The position numbers were made by a program, and so were the translations under genes. A stretch of DNA of 64,000 nt. Source: Candidatus Entotheonellaceae bacterium (GTDB lineage: Bacteria; Tectomicrobia; Entotheonellia; Entotheonellales; Entotheonellaceae). Shown here one piece after another: positions 20,298 through 29,994 of this stretch. The notes beneath the pieces were generated by a model. The model was not told the origin of the DNA. It saw only the letters and a list, made by a program, of their open reading frames with translations, and ran no database searches. Every line of letters starts with the position of its first letter. Within the stretch, counting starts at the first letter, position 1. The stretch lies in the NCBI GenBank assembly GCA_965238075.1, contig OZ250173.1:2464001-2528000 (forward strand). The letters are read 5' to 3'.

Positions 20298-21488
20298 TCA
20301 GGCCTCCGATCCGACGTAGCGTCTCGGCACCTGCTGGCCGACGGCGCACAGCACTTCGTAGGGGATACGATCGCATCGTTCCGCCATGTCGTCCACCGTC
20401 AGGCGGTCTCGCTCCTGGGCACCGATCAGAACGACCACATCTCCCACCTGCGCCTGCGGTACATCGGTGAGATCAATTACGCATAGGCCCATGCAGACGC
20501 GACCCACGATGGGCGCCCGCCGGCCGCGAATCAGCACCTCGCCGACGTTCGACAAGCCGCGGTCCAACCCGTCAGCATAGCCCACCGGCAACGTTCCGAG
20601 ACGGCTGGGGCGCTGCGTAACGAAGCTGTGGCCGTAACTCACGCCGATGCCGGCCGGCACGCCCTGAATGCGGATCAGGCGGGTCGCCCACCGCATGACC
20701 GGGCGCAACCCGCAGGCCCGACGGGAAGGGAAGGGGTGCGACCCGTACAGGGAAATGCCCGGACGCACGAGGTTCCCGTGGCTCTCGGGGTACCGGAATA
20801 TGCCGGCGCTCCCGGCGGCGTGAACGTAGCGCGGCTTGACGCCCCGGGCCGCAGCCGCCTGCAGCACGCCGCGGAAGTCGTCCAGTTGACGCCGCACCCC
20901 GCTGTCGCCATCAGACGCATCGGCGGTAGCCAAGTGCGTCATCACGCCTTGCAGGTGGAGATGCGGCCGTTTGCCGAGCTTGCTGAAAAAGGCCGCGCAG
21001 TCCTGCGGCAGCAGCCCGTAGCGGCTCATGCCGGTGTCGACTTTCAGGTGCATGGGATAGGTGAGTCGGCGGCGGGCGGCTTCGCGGTTCAGCCGGTCGG
21101 CGTCCTCGCAGCGTCCGACGGTGGGCGTCAGGCGGTGCTGAACGAGGGCGTCGATCTCCTCCGGCCAGGTAGGCCCCAGCACCAGGATCGGCGCCCGGAT
21201 GCCTTGCTGGCGCAGCGAGACGCCCTCCAGGCAGCGGGCCACGCCGAGCCATGTGGCGCCGTTTGCCAAGGCAGCCTCGGCCAGGACGGCGGCGCCGTGT
21301 CCGTAGGCGTCGGCCTTGACCACGGCCATGATTTCGCAATCAGGTTGCAAACAGTCCCGAACGGTGCGGAGGTTGTGGGCAAAGGCATCGACGTCGATCT
21401 CGGCCACCGCCGGGGGGGCGCCTGCCGGGAGGCAGGGTGTTGCGGTCAGGGAGTCGCCGCTATCCCCTATCCACGCTTCAGCCGTCAC
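20298..21488 (-). CDS. alr: alanine racemase
   Basis: AVVKADAYGHG, HLKVDTGMSR, VRPGISLYG, GYADG, IPYEVLC. Start uncertain. Confidence 0.95.
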   Translation of the reverse strand: MTAEAWIGDSGDSLTATPCLPAGAPPAVAEIDVDAFAHNLRTVRDCLQPDCEIMAVVKADAYGHGAAVLAEAALANGATWLGVARCLEGVSLRQQGIRAPILVLGPTWPEEIDALVQHRLTPTVGRCEDADRLNREAARRRLTYPMHLKVDTGMSRYGLLPQDCAAFFSKLGKRPHLHLQGVMTHLATADASDGDSGVRRQLDDFRGVLQAAAARGVKPRYVHAAGSAGIFRYPESHGNLVRPGISLYGSHPFPSRRACGLRPVMRWATRLIRIQGVPAGIGVSYGHSFVTQRPSRLGTLPVGYADGLDRGLSNVGEVLIRGRRAPIVGRVCMGLCVIDLTDVPQAQVGDVVVLIGAQERDRLTVDDMAERCDRIPYEVLCAVGQQVPRRYVGSEA

Positions 21489-21489
21489 G

Positions 21490-22845
21490 TTAATAATCGC
21501 CCTGCCGCGCGAGATTATCGAAGCGCGTGAACTCGCCGCGAAACGCCAGGCGTAGCGTTCCGGTCGGCCCATTGCGGTGCTTGGCGATGTTGACCTCCGC
21601 CACGCCGCGTTCGTCGCTGTCTTCGTTGTAGAGCTCGTCCCGATACAGCAGCGCCACCACGTCGGCGTCCTGCTCGATGGCGCCAGATTCTCGCAGATCG
21701 GACAGTTGCGGTTTGGGAGGCTTTCTCTGTTCTACGGCGCGGCTGAGCTGAGACAGAGCGATCACGGGCACATGGAGCTCGCGGGCCAGAGCTTTGAGGG
21801 CGCGGGTGATGTCGGAGATTTCCTGTTGGCGGTTTTCAGCGCGGGAACGGCCTTGCATGAGTTGCAGATAATCGACGATGACGAGTCCGAGGTCTCCCTG
21901 TTCGGCACGCAGTCGGCGGGCCTTGGCGCGGATGTCCAGCGCCGTTTGCATGGGGGTGTCGTCGATGTAGATGTTGGCCTGGCCGGAGAGATCCCCGGCC
22001 GCCGTGGTCAGCAGGCTCCAATCGCTGCCGGCCAGAAACCCGGTGCGCAGCTTGGCGGAATCCACCTTCGCCTCGGCGCACAGCATACGCAGGGCCAGTT
22101 GTTCCTTCGACATTTCGAGGCTGAAAACGGCGATTGGTTTGCCCGTCCGCATGCCTGCATAGGCGGCGATGTTCAGGGCGAGGGTGGTTTTGCCCATGCT
22201 GGGCCGCCCGGCGATGACGATCAGGTCGGAGGACTGCAGGCCGGCTGTCTGCCGGTCGAGATCGCTGAAACCGGTGGGCAGACCGGTAATCGGTTCCTTG
22301 CGCGCTGACAGGCTTTCCAACTGCCGGAAGCTGTCTTTCAGGACGCTCTGGAGATCAACGAAGCCGGAGGTGGCCTTGCCTTGGCTGATTTCGAGGATCG
22401 ACCGTTCGGCGCGATCGAGCAGCACGGCCACGTCCTCGTCCGCCTCGTAGCTGTCCGCCACGATGGTGGTGGCTGTGCGGATGAGGGCGCGCAGGACGCT
22501 CTTTTCCCGCACCACGCGGGCGTGGTAATCGATGTGTGCAGCGGTCGGCACCAATTCGACGAGTTCCGCCAAGTAGGCGGGGCCACCGATCGCGTCGAGG
22601 CGGTTTTTCTTTTTCAGCCACTCGTTGACGGTGAGAACGTCAATGGGAACATTTTCCTGGAAGAGGTCGAGCATGGCGCGGAACAGCCAGCGGTGGGCGT
22701 CGTGGTAGAAGTCCTCTTCCTGCAGCGTGTCCGCAAGCCGGACGATCGCGTCGTTATTTTGCAGGATCGCGCCCAGAATGCTCTGTTCCATCTCCACATT
22801 CTGGGGCGGCAGTTTTTGGAGAGCGATGGACTGTCCGTTGTCCAT
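21490..22845 (-). CDS. dnaB: replicative DNA helicase
   Basis: PPQN, AGRPSMGKT, FSLEM, VDYLQL, LSQLSR, DLRESGAIEQDAD, KHRNGP. No intein. Confidence 0.98.
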   Translation of the reverse strand: MDNGQSIALQKLPPQNVEMEQSILGAILQNNDAIVRLADTLQEEDFYHDAHRWLFRAMLDLFQENVPIDVLTVNEWLKKKNRLDAIGGPAYLAELVELVPTAAHIDYHARVVREKSVLRALIRTATTIVADSYEADEDVAVLLDRAERSILEISQGKATSGFVDLQSVLKDSFRQLESLSARKEPITGLPTGFSDLDRQTAGLQSSDLIVIAGRPSMGKTTLALNIAAYAGMRTGKPIAVFSLEMSKEQLALRMLCAEAKVDSAKLRTGFLAGSDWSLLTTAAGDLSGQANIYIDDTPMQTALDIRAKARRLRAEQGDLGLVIVDYLQLMQGRSRAENRQQEISDITRALKALARELHVPVIALSQLSRAVEQRKPPKPQLSDLRESGAIEQDADVVALLYRDELYNEDSDERGVAEVNIAKHRNGPTGTLRLAFRGEFTRFDNLARQGDY

Positions 22846-22856
22846 GACGGCACGCC

Positions 22857-23303
22857 TCACGCTTCTGCAACGACGGTTACCTTCAGGTCGGCTGACACCG
22901 ACGCCGGCAGACGAACGGGTACGGCGAATTCGCCGAGGCTCTTCAGCGGCTGGTCGAGTTCAATGTTGCGGCGATCAATAGTGAAGCCGGCTTCCTTGAG
23001 TTGCTCGGCGATATCCATCGTCGTCACCGAGCCGAACAACTTGCCCTCCTCGCCGGCCTTGCGGGTGAAGCTGAATTGCAAGGCTCGCAATTGTTCGGCC
23101 AGCGTGGCCGCTTCCAGCCGGACACGGGCGATGTGGTTTTCGCGCAGATGCTGTTCATGGGCCAGTTGGCGTGCATTTCTGGCCGTGGCCGCGATGGCCA
23201 GGCCGCGCGGCAGGAGATAGTTGCGGCCGTAGCCTTCGGCCACCTCGACGACATCGCCGATCTCGCCCAGATGTTCCACTTCATGCAGCAGAATGACTTT
23301 CAT
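22857..23303 (-). CDS. rplI: 50S ribosomal protein L9
   Basis: MKVIL, GYGRNYLLPRG, GKLFGSVT. Confidence 0.98.
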   Translation of the reverse strand: MKVILLHEVEHLGEIGDVVEVAEGYGRNYLLPRGLAIAATARNARQLAHEQHLRENHIARVRLEAATLAEQLRALQFSFTRKAGEEGKLFGSVTTMDIAEQLKEAGFTIDRRNIELDQPLKSLGEFAVPVRLPASVSADLKVTVVAEA

Positions 23304-23378
23304 GATTATGCCTCCTTACGATTCAGGGATTCGGACATTATAGCAACAGTCGAGTCGTTGTCTGCCGGACTGTCAGGG

Positions 23379-24317
23379 TCAATGCTCCGGTAGTTGACGG
23401 CGTTGGCGCCGGAAATCGACCCACAGATCGAACAAGCCCGCAGCGGTGCACGCCAGCATGCAAAGCGGGGCCGCCAGTAGGAAAGCCAGGATGGCCAGCA
23501 GCCAGCACGCCGCGGAAGGGAGCGGCAGGCGGCGCCCCCAGTAAACCAAAATGGCCAGACCTTGTATGAAATAGAGCGCCAGGGTGACGAGAAAGACGTT
23601 CAGGCCGATGTAGTTGAGCACCGGCGCCGGCAGGAACAGGGCGACGCCGCTGGCCAGAAATACCCATACCAGGTAATCCGTTGCGCGCCAATCGGCGATG
23701 TCCGCCGGTGCGAAGGGTATCGGCGGCTCTTGGTGCTGCAAGTAGCGCCGTGCGAGGAGATAGTTCAACACGTTGGGAAAGAGGAAGTTGACGGCGCACA
23801 CGGCAGGCAGCACGGCAGCCATGGTGCGCAGGAACGCCTCGAGCGCGGCGGCCATGGCCTCCTCGTTCCGCAGGCCCTCCATCTGCCGCAACTGCTCGTA
23901 CAGCCCGTCCGCCATTTGTTCGAACATGTGGATCAGATAGGCGTGCGGCGTTTGCTGGGCCATGGCGCTTACGAACAGCAGCACCACGGCGCCAATGCCG
24001 ATTGGCAGGGCGACGCTCCAGGAAATGGTGCGCGAAGCCGTGTAGCCCATCCGCATGGCCGCGCCGAGCGTCAGCCCCACCACGCTGTACTGTGCCAAGA
24101 GCAACAGGCTTGGCAGCGCCGTGATGACGAGCAGAACGCCCGCCTGCAGGCCGATGAGCCACAGCACGTGACGCCACGGATACTTCACCGCCAGAATGGT
24201 GATGGGGAACGGGCCTAACAGGGTCGGAAACAACCATTCAAGCGGCGCAAATGTCGGGAGCAAGACCAGGACCAGAGACAGCCCGGCCAGCACTGGCAAC
24301 TCCGTGTTGCGGCTCAC
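23379..24317 (-). CDS. DUF2232 / YybS family membrane protein
   Basis: Multi-pass hydrophobic protein with YFIQGLA and GLFDLWVDFR; canonical position between rpsR and rplI. Confidence 0.9.
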   Translation of the reverse strand: MSRNTELPVLAGLSLVLVLLPTFAPLEWLFPTLLGPFPITILAVKYPWRHVLWLIGLQAGVLLVITALPSLLLLAQYSVVGLTLGAAMRMGYTASRTISWSVALPIGIGAVVLLFVSAMAQQTPHAYLIHMFEQMADGLYEQLRQMEGLRNEEAMAAALEAFLRTMAAVLPAVCAVNFLFPNVLNYLLARRYLQHQEPPIPFAPADIADWRATDYLVWVFLASGVALFLPAPVLNYIGLNVFLVTLALYFIQGLAILVYWGRRLPLPSAACWLLAILAFLLAAPLCMLACTAAGLFDLWVDFRRQRRQLPEH

Positions 24318-24378
24318 TGCGTGTTCCTTTCCTGCCCGACCGCCGCGTCACCAGGATGTCCCGCGTGTGCGCGGCGGA

Positions 24379-24639
24379 TTATTCGGCTGTAAAGGGGATC
24401 AGGGCAATATGGCGTGAACGCTTGATTGCTACCGTGAGCTGGCGTTGATGTCCCGCGCAGTTGCCGGAAATGCGCCGCGGGATGATTTTGCCTCGCTCGG
24501 TCACCAAGTTGCGCAGCCGCCGTATGTCCTTGTAATCGATGAACGTTACCTTGTCGGCGCAGAAACGGCATATTTTTTTGCGCAGGAAGCGCCGCCGCTT
24601 GCGTGCTGTCGCTTTCTTTCTCGAAGTGTTGACTGCCAT
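24379..24639 (-). CDS. rpsR: 30S ribosomal protein S18 (Cys-containing form)
   Basis: [30 protein letters not shown]. Confidence 0.97.
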   Translation of the reverse strand: MAVNTSRKKATARKRRRFLRKKICRFCADKVTFIDYKDIRRLRNLVTERGKIIPRRISGNCAGHQRQLTVAIKRSRHIALIPFTAE

Positions 24640-24691
24640 GCTTGCCCTCTCTCGTAGGGGGTGGCCCCAAAAGGCCAGTATTTCCTGATAC

Positions 24692-25117
24692 TCAGAATGG
24701 AATGTCGTCGTCCTGCGGCGGTGCGATGTCGTCATCCCGGTTTGGAGGTGGTGCGCCACCCGCACTCTGACGACTGCCACCGTCCTGGCTGGCGCGCGGC
24801 ATGAGATTGACCCGTTCGGCGACGACGTCGAGCTTGCTGCGTCGTTGCCCGTTCTGGTCTTCCCAACTGCGAAACTGTAAACGACCTTCGATCAATACCG
24901 GACTGCCTTTGCTGAGGTACTGCCCGACGATCTCCGCCGATCTCGCGAAAGTGCTGATATCAACGAAACACACCTCTTCCTTTTGCTCGTCGCCCTGGCG
25001 ATAACGCCGGTTGACCGCCATACCAAAGGAGGCGACTGGAGTGCCGTTTGGGGTGTAGCGCATCTCGGGATCCCGGGTGAGATTTCCCAGCAGGATGACT
25101 TTATTGAAGCTCGTCAT
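24692..25117 (-). CDS. ssb: single-stranded DNA-binding protein
   Basis: [15 protein letters not shown]-terminal DDDIPF. Confidence 0.98.
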   Translation of the reverse strand: MTSFNKVILLGNLTRDPEMRYTPNGTPVASFGMAVNRRYRQGDEQKEEVCFVDISTFARSAEIVGQYLSKGSPVLIEGRLQFRSWEDQNGQRRSKLDVVAERVNLMPRASQDGGSRQSAGGAPPPNRDDDIAPPQDDDIPF

Positions 25118-25161
25118 GTCTCTGCCTCCATAGCTCGCCCCGGAGCTGATCCGGGGTTGAC

Positions 25162-25734
25162 CTAGCCGGTTGCTTCCTCGACCTCTTCGTCATCCGCCAC
25201 CGCATCCTCAGCCGCTTCCAGGCTGGCTTCCGGCTCTTCATCTCCCGCCGCCGTCACTTTGGGCGTCTCCGGCTCCTCGTCTGCCTCCGCTTTCATGTCG
25301 GGGGTCGGCTCATCGTCTTGAGCCGCGCGGCGGTCATCAAGAGTACCGCGGTACGAATCCGCGCGCCGTCCCATGCGTCGCCGATCTTCCCGACCATCGT
25401 CGTCGGGAAGGCGGGTGAAGCCGGTCATCTGTTCTTCTTTGTCGTAGCGTATGGAAATGTACCGCAAGACGCGGTCACTCAGGCGGTAGATACGCTCCAG
25501 TTCGAGGAGTGCGTTGGGAAGGGCGCGGAAATGGATGAGGTTGTAATAACCGTAGCGCTGCTTGCGGATAGGGTAGGCGAGGCGGCGCTTGCCGCCGCGT
25601 TCGATGCGGATCGTCTCCGATCCCCTGTCTTCGAGGATCTTATTGAGGCTCTGGACAGCCTCTTCCGCTTCCTCCTCCGTCAGTTCGGGGTGCAGGACGA
25701 AGATGGTCTCGTAGAGCACGGTTCGTGCGTTCAT
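25162..25734 (-). CDS. rpsF: 30S ribosomal protein S6 with long acidic tail
   Basis: YETIFVLHP, GKRRLAYPI, GYY, VLRY; first gene of rpsF-ssb-rpsR. Confidence 0.96.
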   Translation of the reverse strand: MNARTVLYETIFVLHPELTEEEAEEAVQSLNKILEDRGSETIRIERGGKRRLAYPIRKQRYGYYNLIHFRALPNALLELERIYRLSDRVLRYISIRYDKEEQMTGFTRLPDDDGREDRRRMGRRADSYRGTLDDRRAAQDDEPTPDMKAEADEEPETPKVTAAGDEEPEASLEAAEDAVADDEEVEEATG

Positions 25735-25737
25735 CAA

Positions 25738-25780
25738 ATCTCCTTGTGGCTTGTAGCCCGCCATGGCGAGCAAGGAGTGG
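25738..25780 (-). promoter_or_regulatory. putative S6:S18 ribosomal protein leader (SD-sequestering hairpin)
   Basis: mRNA CUCCUUG...CAAGGAG pairs over the rpsF Shine-Dalgarno, with inner stems CUCGCC/GGCGGG or GGCU/AGCC. Position fits the known rpsF leader. Confidence 0.65.
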
Positions 25781-25795
25781 ACCCTTTGTGGGGGC

Positions 25796-26359
25796 CTACG
25801 TTGTCGTGATATTCTCTCCCATGAGCGTCTCTGTCCGGTTGAGAAGATCTTCCAGCTTTTCTACCGCCTCGTCAATCATCACCTGACGAGCGTCTGCTTC
25901 CTCCGAGGAAAACGGGGACAGTACGTAGTCGATGACCTCTTCCTTGCGGGACGGCCGCCCGATACCCAGTCGCAAGCGGAGGTACTTGTCGCTCTGCAGG
26001 CATTGGGTAATGGAGCGAATGCCCCGGTGCCCGGCATCGCCCCCCTGTTCCTTGAGGCGCAATTTGCCTAAAGGCAGATCGATGTCGTCGTGAACAACGA
26101 CGAGCAACTCGTGGCGCCGCAGGTAGCGGCGCATCAGCGGCACGACCGCTTCGCCGCTGGCGTTCATAAAAGTTTGCGGCTTGGCCAGCAAGACCGCATG
26201 AGCGCCGACCCGGCCCACGCCGCAGACCGCCTCGAATTCCTGGCGCCGTACTGAAATGCCATGACGGTTGGCAAGGGCGTCGACGACGTCGTAGCCGATG
26301 TTATGACGGTGGTACCGGTAGCGCTGTCCGGGGTTGCCCAGGCCGACGATGACGTCCAC
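25796..26359 (-). CDS. pth: peptidyl-tRNA hydrolase
   Basis: IVGLGNPG, RHNIG, KPQTFMNASG, VHDDIDL, GHRGIRS, RLRLGIGRP. Confidence 0.97.
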   Translation of the reverse strand: MDVIVGLGNPGQRYRYHRHNIGYDVVDALANRHGISVRRQEFEAVCGVGRVGAHAVLLAKPQTFMNASGEAVVPLMRRYLRRHELLVVVHDDIDLPLGKLRLKEQGGDAGHRGIRSITQCLQSDKYLRLRLGIGRPSRKEEVIDYVLSPFSSEEADARQVMIDEAVEKLEDLLNRTETLMGENITTT

Positions 26360-26375
26360 GTGTGCGAGACAATCC

Positions 26376-27008
26376 CTACGCTTCAGCCGTGTCCTCGGCG
26401 GCCGATGTTTCCGTTTCGCCCTCTTCAGGAGCCTCACGACCCCCGCCGGTGGTATTCAGGGTAACGATGGCCGTTTCGGAATCCGTGATCAAGGTAACAC
26501 CATCGGGCAAGTCCAGGTTGCTGGCGTGGAGCGCTTGGTTGTCGGTCAGGGCGGCGAGGTCTATGCGGATGCTTTCGGGAATATCGCCCGGCAGACACTC
26601 GATTTCCACCTCGCGCAGAACCAGTGACGCTATCCTGTTGGCGGCCTTGAACTCGTCCGGTAGTTCGTTGATCGTTTCTAGACTGACTGTCACGCGAATG
26701 GGTTCGTTGGGATCAACGCGAAAAAAGTCGACGTGCAACGGCTCGCGCGTGACAGGATCAATTTGCACCTCGCGCAGGATGGCGTGGCACTGCTCCTCTT
26801 GCTCGCCGAGAAGATTCATGTCGAGGACGGCGTTGCCTCCGACCGCCGAGTGCCGGATTTCGCCCAGGGTGTCCGCTCCGATTGTCAGCGACGTGCTGTC
26901 GCCCTTGCCGTAAATGATAGCTGGCAGGCGTCCTTCGCGCCGAATCTGACGCGCTGACGACTTGCCGGTGCTTTGTCGTACGTGGGCCGTAACCCGTACC
27001 CTGTCCAT
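26376..27008 (-). CDS. rplY: 50S ribosomal protein L25 / Ctc
   Basis: RREGRLPAIIYG, REVQIDP, HVDF; RBS AGGAGG. Confidence 0.95.
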   Translation of the reverse strand: MDRVRVTAHVRQSTGKSSARQIRREGRLPAIIYGKGDSTSLTIGADTLGEIRHSAVGGNAVLDMNLLGEQEEQCHAILREVQIDPVTREPLHVDFFRVDPNEPIRVTVSLETINELPDEFKAANRIASLVLREVEIECLPGDIPESIRIDLAALTDNQALHASNLDLPDGVTLITDSETAIVTLNTTGGGREAPEEGETETSAAEDTAEA

Positions 27009-27086
27009 ACACAACCTCCTCTGGCTAGCAAGCTTTGTCCCGCCCACCCATGTACCGGCACTTGCGCCGCGTCGGCATCCATCTAT

Positions 27087-28031
27087 CTAATTGAACAACG
27101 AACTCACCGAATCGTCCGAATGGATTCGTTTAATGGCTTCGCCCAACAGGGGCGCAACCGACAAGACGTGCACGCGGGCCTCCTTATCGGCCTTGGCACC
27201 GAGCGGAATCGTATCCGTCACGGCAAGCTGCTGCAGGCCGGAAGATCCAAGGCGTTGCATAGCCGGGCCCGACAAAACCGCGTGAGCAGCGCCGGCAAAC
27301 ACCCGCCGCGCTCCAGCACGCAACAAGGCGGCCGTGGCCTCGACCAGCGTTCCCGCCGTGTCCACGATGTCGTCGGCGATCAGCACGTCGCGGTCCTTCA
27401 CCTCGCCGACGATGTGCATCACCTTGGCGATGTTCTTTTTGTCGCGGTCGCGGCGCTTGTCGATGATGGCGAGGGAGGCGTCCAGTCGCTTGGCGAATGC
27501 CGTGGCGCGTTCCACGCCGCCGGCGTCCGGCGCAATGATCGTCAAATTCTGGAATTGCTGCTGCTTGAAATGTTCGACGAGGACGGGGGCGGCGAAGAGG
27601 TGGTCGACCGGCATGTCGAAGTAGCCCTGGAGCTGGCCGGCGTGCAGATCAAGCGCCAATACCCGGTTTACCCCCGCAGCGGCGATCAGGTCGGCCACGA
27701 GCTTGGCGGTGATGGGTACTCGTGGGCGGTCCTTGCGATCCTGCCGTCCGTAGCCGAAATAGGGGATAACGGCCGTGATGCGCGCTGCTGAGGCCCGTCG
27801 GCAGGCATCAGCCATGATTAGCAACTCCATGAGGTGCTGGTTGACGGGCTGACACGTCGACTGCACCAAGAAAACGTCCTGTCCGCGGATGTTCTCCTGG
27901 ATTTGCACGAAGACTTCGCCGTCGCTGAAGTCGGACACCTCAATGCGACCGGGCTCGATCTGCAGATACTCACAAATTCCACAGGCCAATCGTGGATTGG
28001 CGCGTCCCGTGAAAAGCCGCAAATCTTTCAA
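27087..28031 (-). CDS. prs: ribose-phosphate pyrophosphokinase
   Basis: FSDGE, PYFGYGRQDRK, DLHAGQ, PDAGG, DDIVDTAGT. Confidence 0.98.
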   Translation of the reverse strand: MKDLRLFTGRANPRLACGICEYLQIEPGRIEVSDFSDGEVFVQIQENIRGQDVFLVQSTCQPVNQHLMELLIMADACRRASAARITAVIPYFGYGRQDRKDRPRVPITAKLVADLIAAAGVNRVLALDLHAGQLQGYFDMPVDHLFAAPVLVEHFKQQQFQNLTIIAPDAGGVERATAFAKRLDASLAIIDKRRDRDKKNIAKVMHIVGEVKDRDVLIADDIVDTAGTLVEATAALLRAGARRVFAGAAHAVLSGPAMQRLGSSGLQQLAVTDTIPLGAKADKEARVHVLSVAPLLGEAIKRIHSDDSVSSLFN

Positions 28032-28117
28032 CTCTTTTCACCTTAAAGAGATAGCCGTAGGGCTATTACCTTGGAAACATGGGTTGTTCAGGAAGCAGGG
28101 AAGGAAGGAAAAACAGA

Positions 28118-28189
28118 CTGGGGCGGGAGGATTCGAACCTCCGAATGCAGGTTCCAAAGACCTGTGTCTTACCGCTTGACGACGCCCCA
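28118..28189 (-). tRNA. tRNA-Gln (anticodon TTG), CCA not encoded
   Basis: TGGGGCGTCGTCAAGCGGTAAGACACAGGTCTTTGGAACCTGCATTCGGAGGTTCGAATCCTCCCGCCCCAG forms a cloverleaf with TTCGAAT T-loop; canonical ispE-tRNA-Gln-prs context. Confidence 0.97.
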
Positions 28190-28244
28190 TTTGACAGGAG
28201 ACACGCCGCGAAGCTGAACGCGCCGTCCTTCTCGCTTTACGCTA

Positions 28245-29123
28245 CTAATGCTGTTCAGGATCACCCGCACTGTCGCTGCGCCATGTCTGGCATGCCCACA
28301 CCTGCCAGCCCTGATTCCGTACCGTTTGAGCCACTTCCTGCGCAACGTCGTATGAACGGCATAATGCGTACATTGTTGGCCCACTCCCCGACATACTTAC
28401 ACCATACACGCCTGGTTGGGTCAAGGCTCTTTTGATGGTGCGGAGGACAGGAAAGTGCATCAGCATAACGGGTTCGAAATCGTTAAAGCATCCCTTTCCC
28501 AGACTCTCAATGTCGCCCGATTCGAGATGGTGAGCGAGAATGGTAGTCGCGTCGGCGTTGTCTGTCAACGCCAAATCAAGTTGACGGTAGGCCCAGGCGG
28601 TGGACACCGTCACGGGTGGCTTGACGAGTACGAGAGACAACACCGCCGGGCAGGAGAGGGGTTCGACCTCGTCGCCCCGGCCGCGTCCGAGGGCCGCCAC
28701 GTCCGGCAGAAGGAAGAACGGCACGTCAGCGCCGATTGCGGCAGCGTGTCGGGCCAGCTCAGCCGGGGCCAACTGGAGATTCCACAGGGCGTTGAGGCCG
28801 CTGAGGGCCGTCGCCGCGTCGCTGCTGCCGCCACCGAGACCGGCGGCAACGGGAATGAATTTGCGCAGGCTGAAACGAGCGCCGCGCCCCGGCGCTGCTT
28901 GTTGCAGAGCCGTGGCCGCTCGGTGCACGAGATTGCGCGAATCGTTCGGAATGTTGGGGTCGTCGCAGTGAACGGTGATATCCGGCCTGTTCGTGTCGTC
29001 GATGCCTAGCTTGTCGGCGAGGGATATCTTGAGGAAGATAGTGGAGATGTCGTGGTAGCCATCGGGCCGGCGTCTACGCACGGCCAAGCCAAGGTTGATT
29101 TTAGCCGGCGCGGAAAAAATCAC
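28245..29123 (-). CDS. ispE: 4-diphosphocytidyl-2-C-methyl-D-erythritol kinase
   Basis: APAKINLGL, DGYH, IPVAAGLGGGSSDAA, GADVPFF, MSGSGPT. Confidence 0.96.
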   Translation of the reverse strand: MIFSAPAKINLGLAVRRRRPDGYHDISTIFLKISLADKLGIDDTNRPDITVHCDDPNIPNDSRNLVHRAATALQQAAPGRGARFSLRKFIPVAAGLGGGSSDAATALSGLNALWNLQLAPAELARHAAAIGADVPFFLLPDVAALGRGRGDEVEPLSCPAVLSLVLVKPPVTVSTAWAYRQLDLALTDNADATTILAHHLESGDIESLGKGCFNDFEPVMLMHFPVLRTIKRALTQPGVYGVSMSGSGPTMYALCRSYDVAQEVAQTVRNQGWQVWACQTWRSDSAGDPEQH

Positions 29124-29163
29124 GATACCTGTATCATTTCTGCGTCAGTGGCGTGGCCGGGTT

Positions 29164-29994
29164 TCAGGCGGGGTCCTCTTTGAGCACCCGGATTTCGGTT
29201 TGCGGCGGCGGTTGCACGCGAAACAGGTCCGCCGACACCTCGGTGTTCAATTGCACGTCCGTGTAGCGCCAGACCGCCTGGCGCTGGGTTTCGGGTTCGG
29301 CAACATCAATGCGCGTCGGGAGCAGGATGTCTCCGTGTCGCTCGAAGTCGCCGTAGTTGACCCGTATCACGACTGATCCGGCTGCGTCCTCCATCTCAAA
29401 CCGTACCGGCTGCAAGCTCTGGGGATCGAACCATACGCGATAGCTTGGGTCTGGTCCCGGCTTCGTGCTCTCCCACATATACAGCCGTTCGTCTTCCCGG
29501 TATGCCAAGTCTCCGTTCGCGGGCAGCGGGTTCAGCGGAATGTCACCCAGCAGCAGGTGCAACAGGGATTGGGGCGCCACGGCGATGCCGAACAGCCGCT
29601 CAAGGTTCCGTGCCGATGCGGGCCCGACGACGAGACGGTTGTCCCGGATCATGTGCAAGGCCAGCCATTCCCCGTCGGTAATAAACAGGAACAACGGCTG
29701 CCCGAACGGCCCGATGCCTTCGAGCCGCAGCGCCTCGGCGTGCCGCACGACCACCACAACGTCATCCAGCGCCGCGCTCCCCTTGTCGGTACGGACCTGC
29801 ACCCGCGCAAGCCCTTTCAGATTCTCCAGGACGTTTCGACGTTCCGTCAAATGCTTCCAGAACGGTTCGGCGGAAACGGAGGCGGGCACCGGAGGGGGGG
29901 GCTCGGGGGGCGAAAACAGCCGCAGGCCGCTACAGCCCCCAAGGAGAAACAGGGATACGGCAAGGCTAATGGCGTTGCGGCTCAGGCGTCCCAT
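29164..29994 (-). CDS. lipoprotein, LolA/LolB-like fold (DUF4292-like)
   Basis: Lipobox LLGGC, LRLEGIGPFGQP, beta-rich C-terminus; occupies the lolB slot between the TPR gene and ispE. Confidence 0.75.
   Translation of the reverse strand: MGRLSRNAISLAVSLFLLGGCSGLRLFSPPEPPPPVPASVSAEPFWKHLTERRNVLENLKGLARVQVRTDKGSAALDDVVVVVRHAEALRLEGIGPFGQPLFLFITDGEWLALHMIRDNRLVVGPASARNLERLFGIAVAPQSLLHLLLGDIPLNPLPANGDLAYREDERLYMWESTKPGPDPSYRVWFDPQSLQPVRFEMEDAAGSVVIRVNYGDFERHGDILLPTRIDVAEPETQRQAVWRYTDVQLNTEVSADLFRVQPPPQTEIRVLKEDPA

Noticed and set aside
21490-22845. Intein in dnaB
   Set aside because: Length (451 aa) and motif spacing are normal.
28118-28189. tRNA-Gln as an integration site
   Set aside because: It is flanked by ispE and prs in the canonical order, with no integrase or duplicated 3' end.
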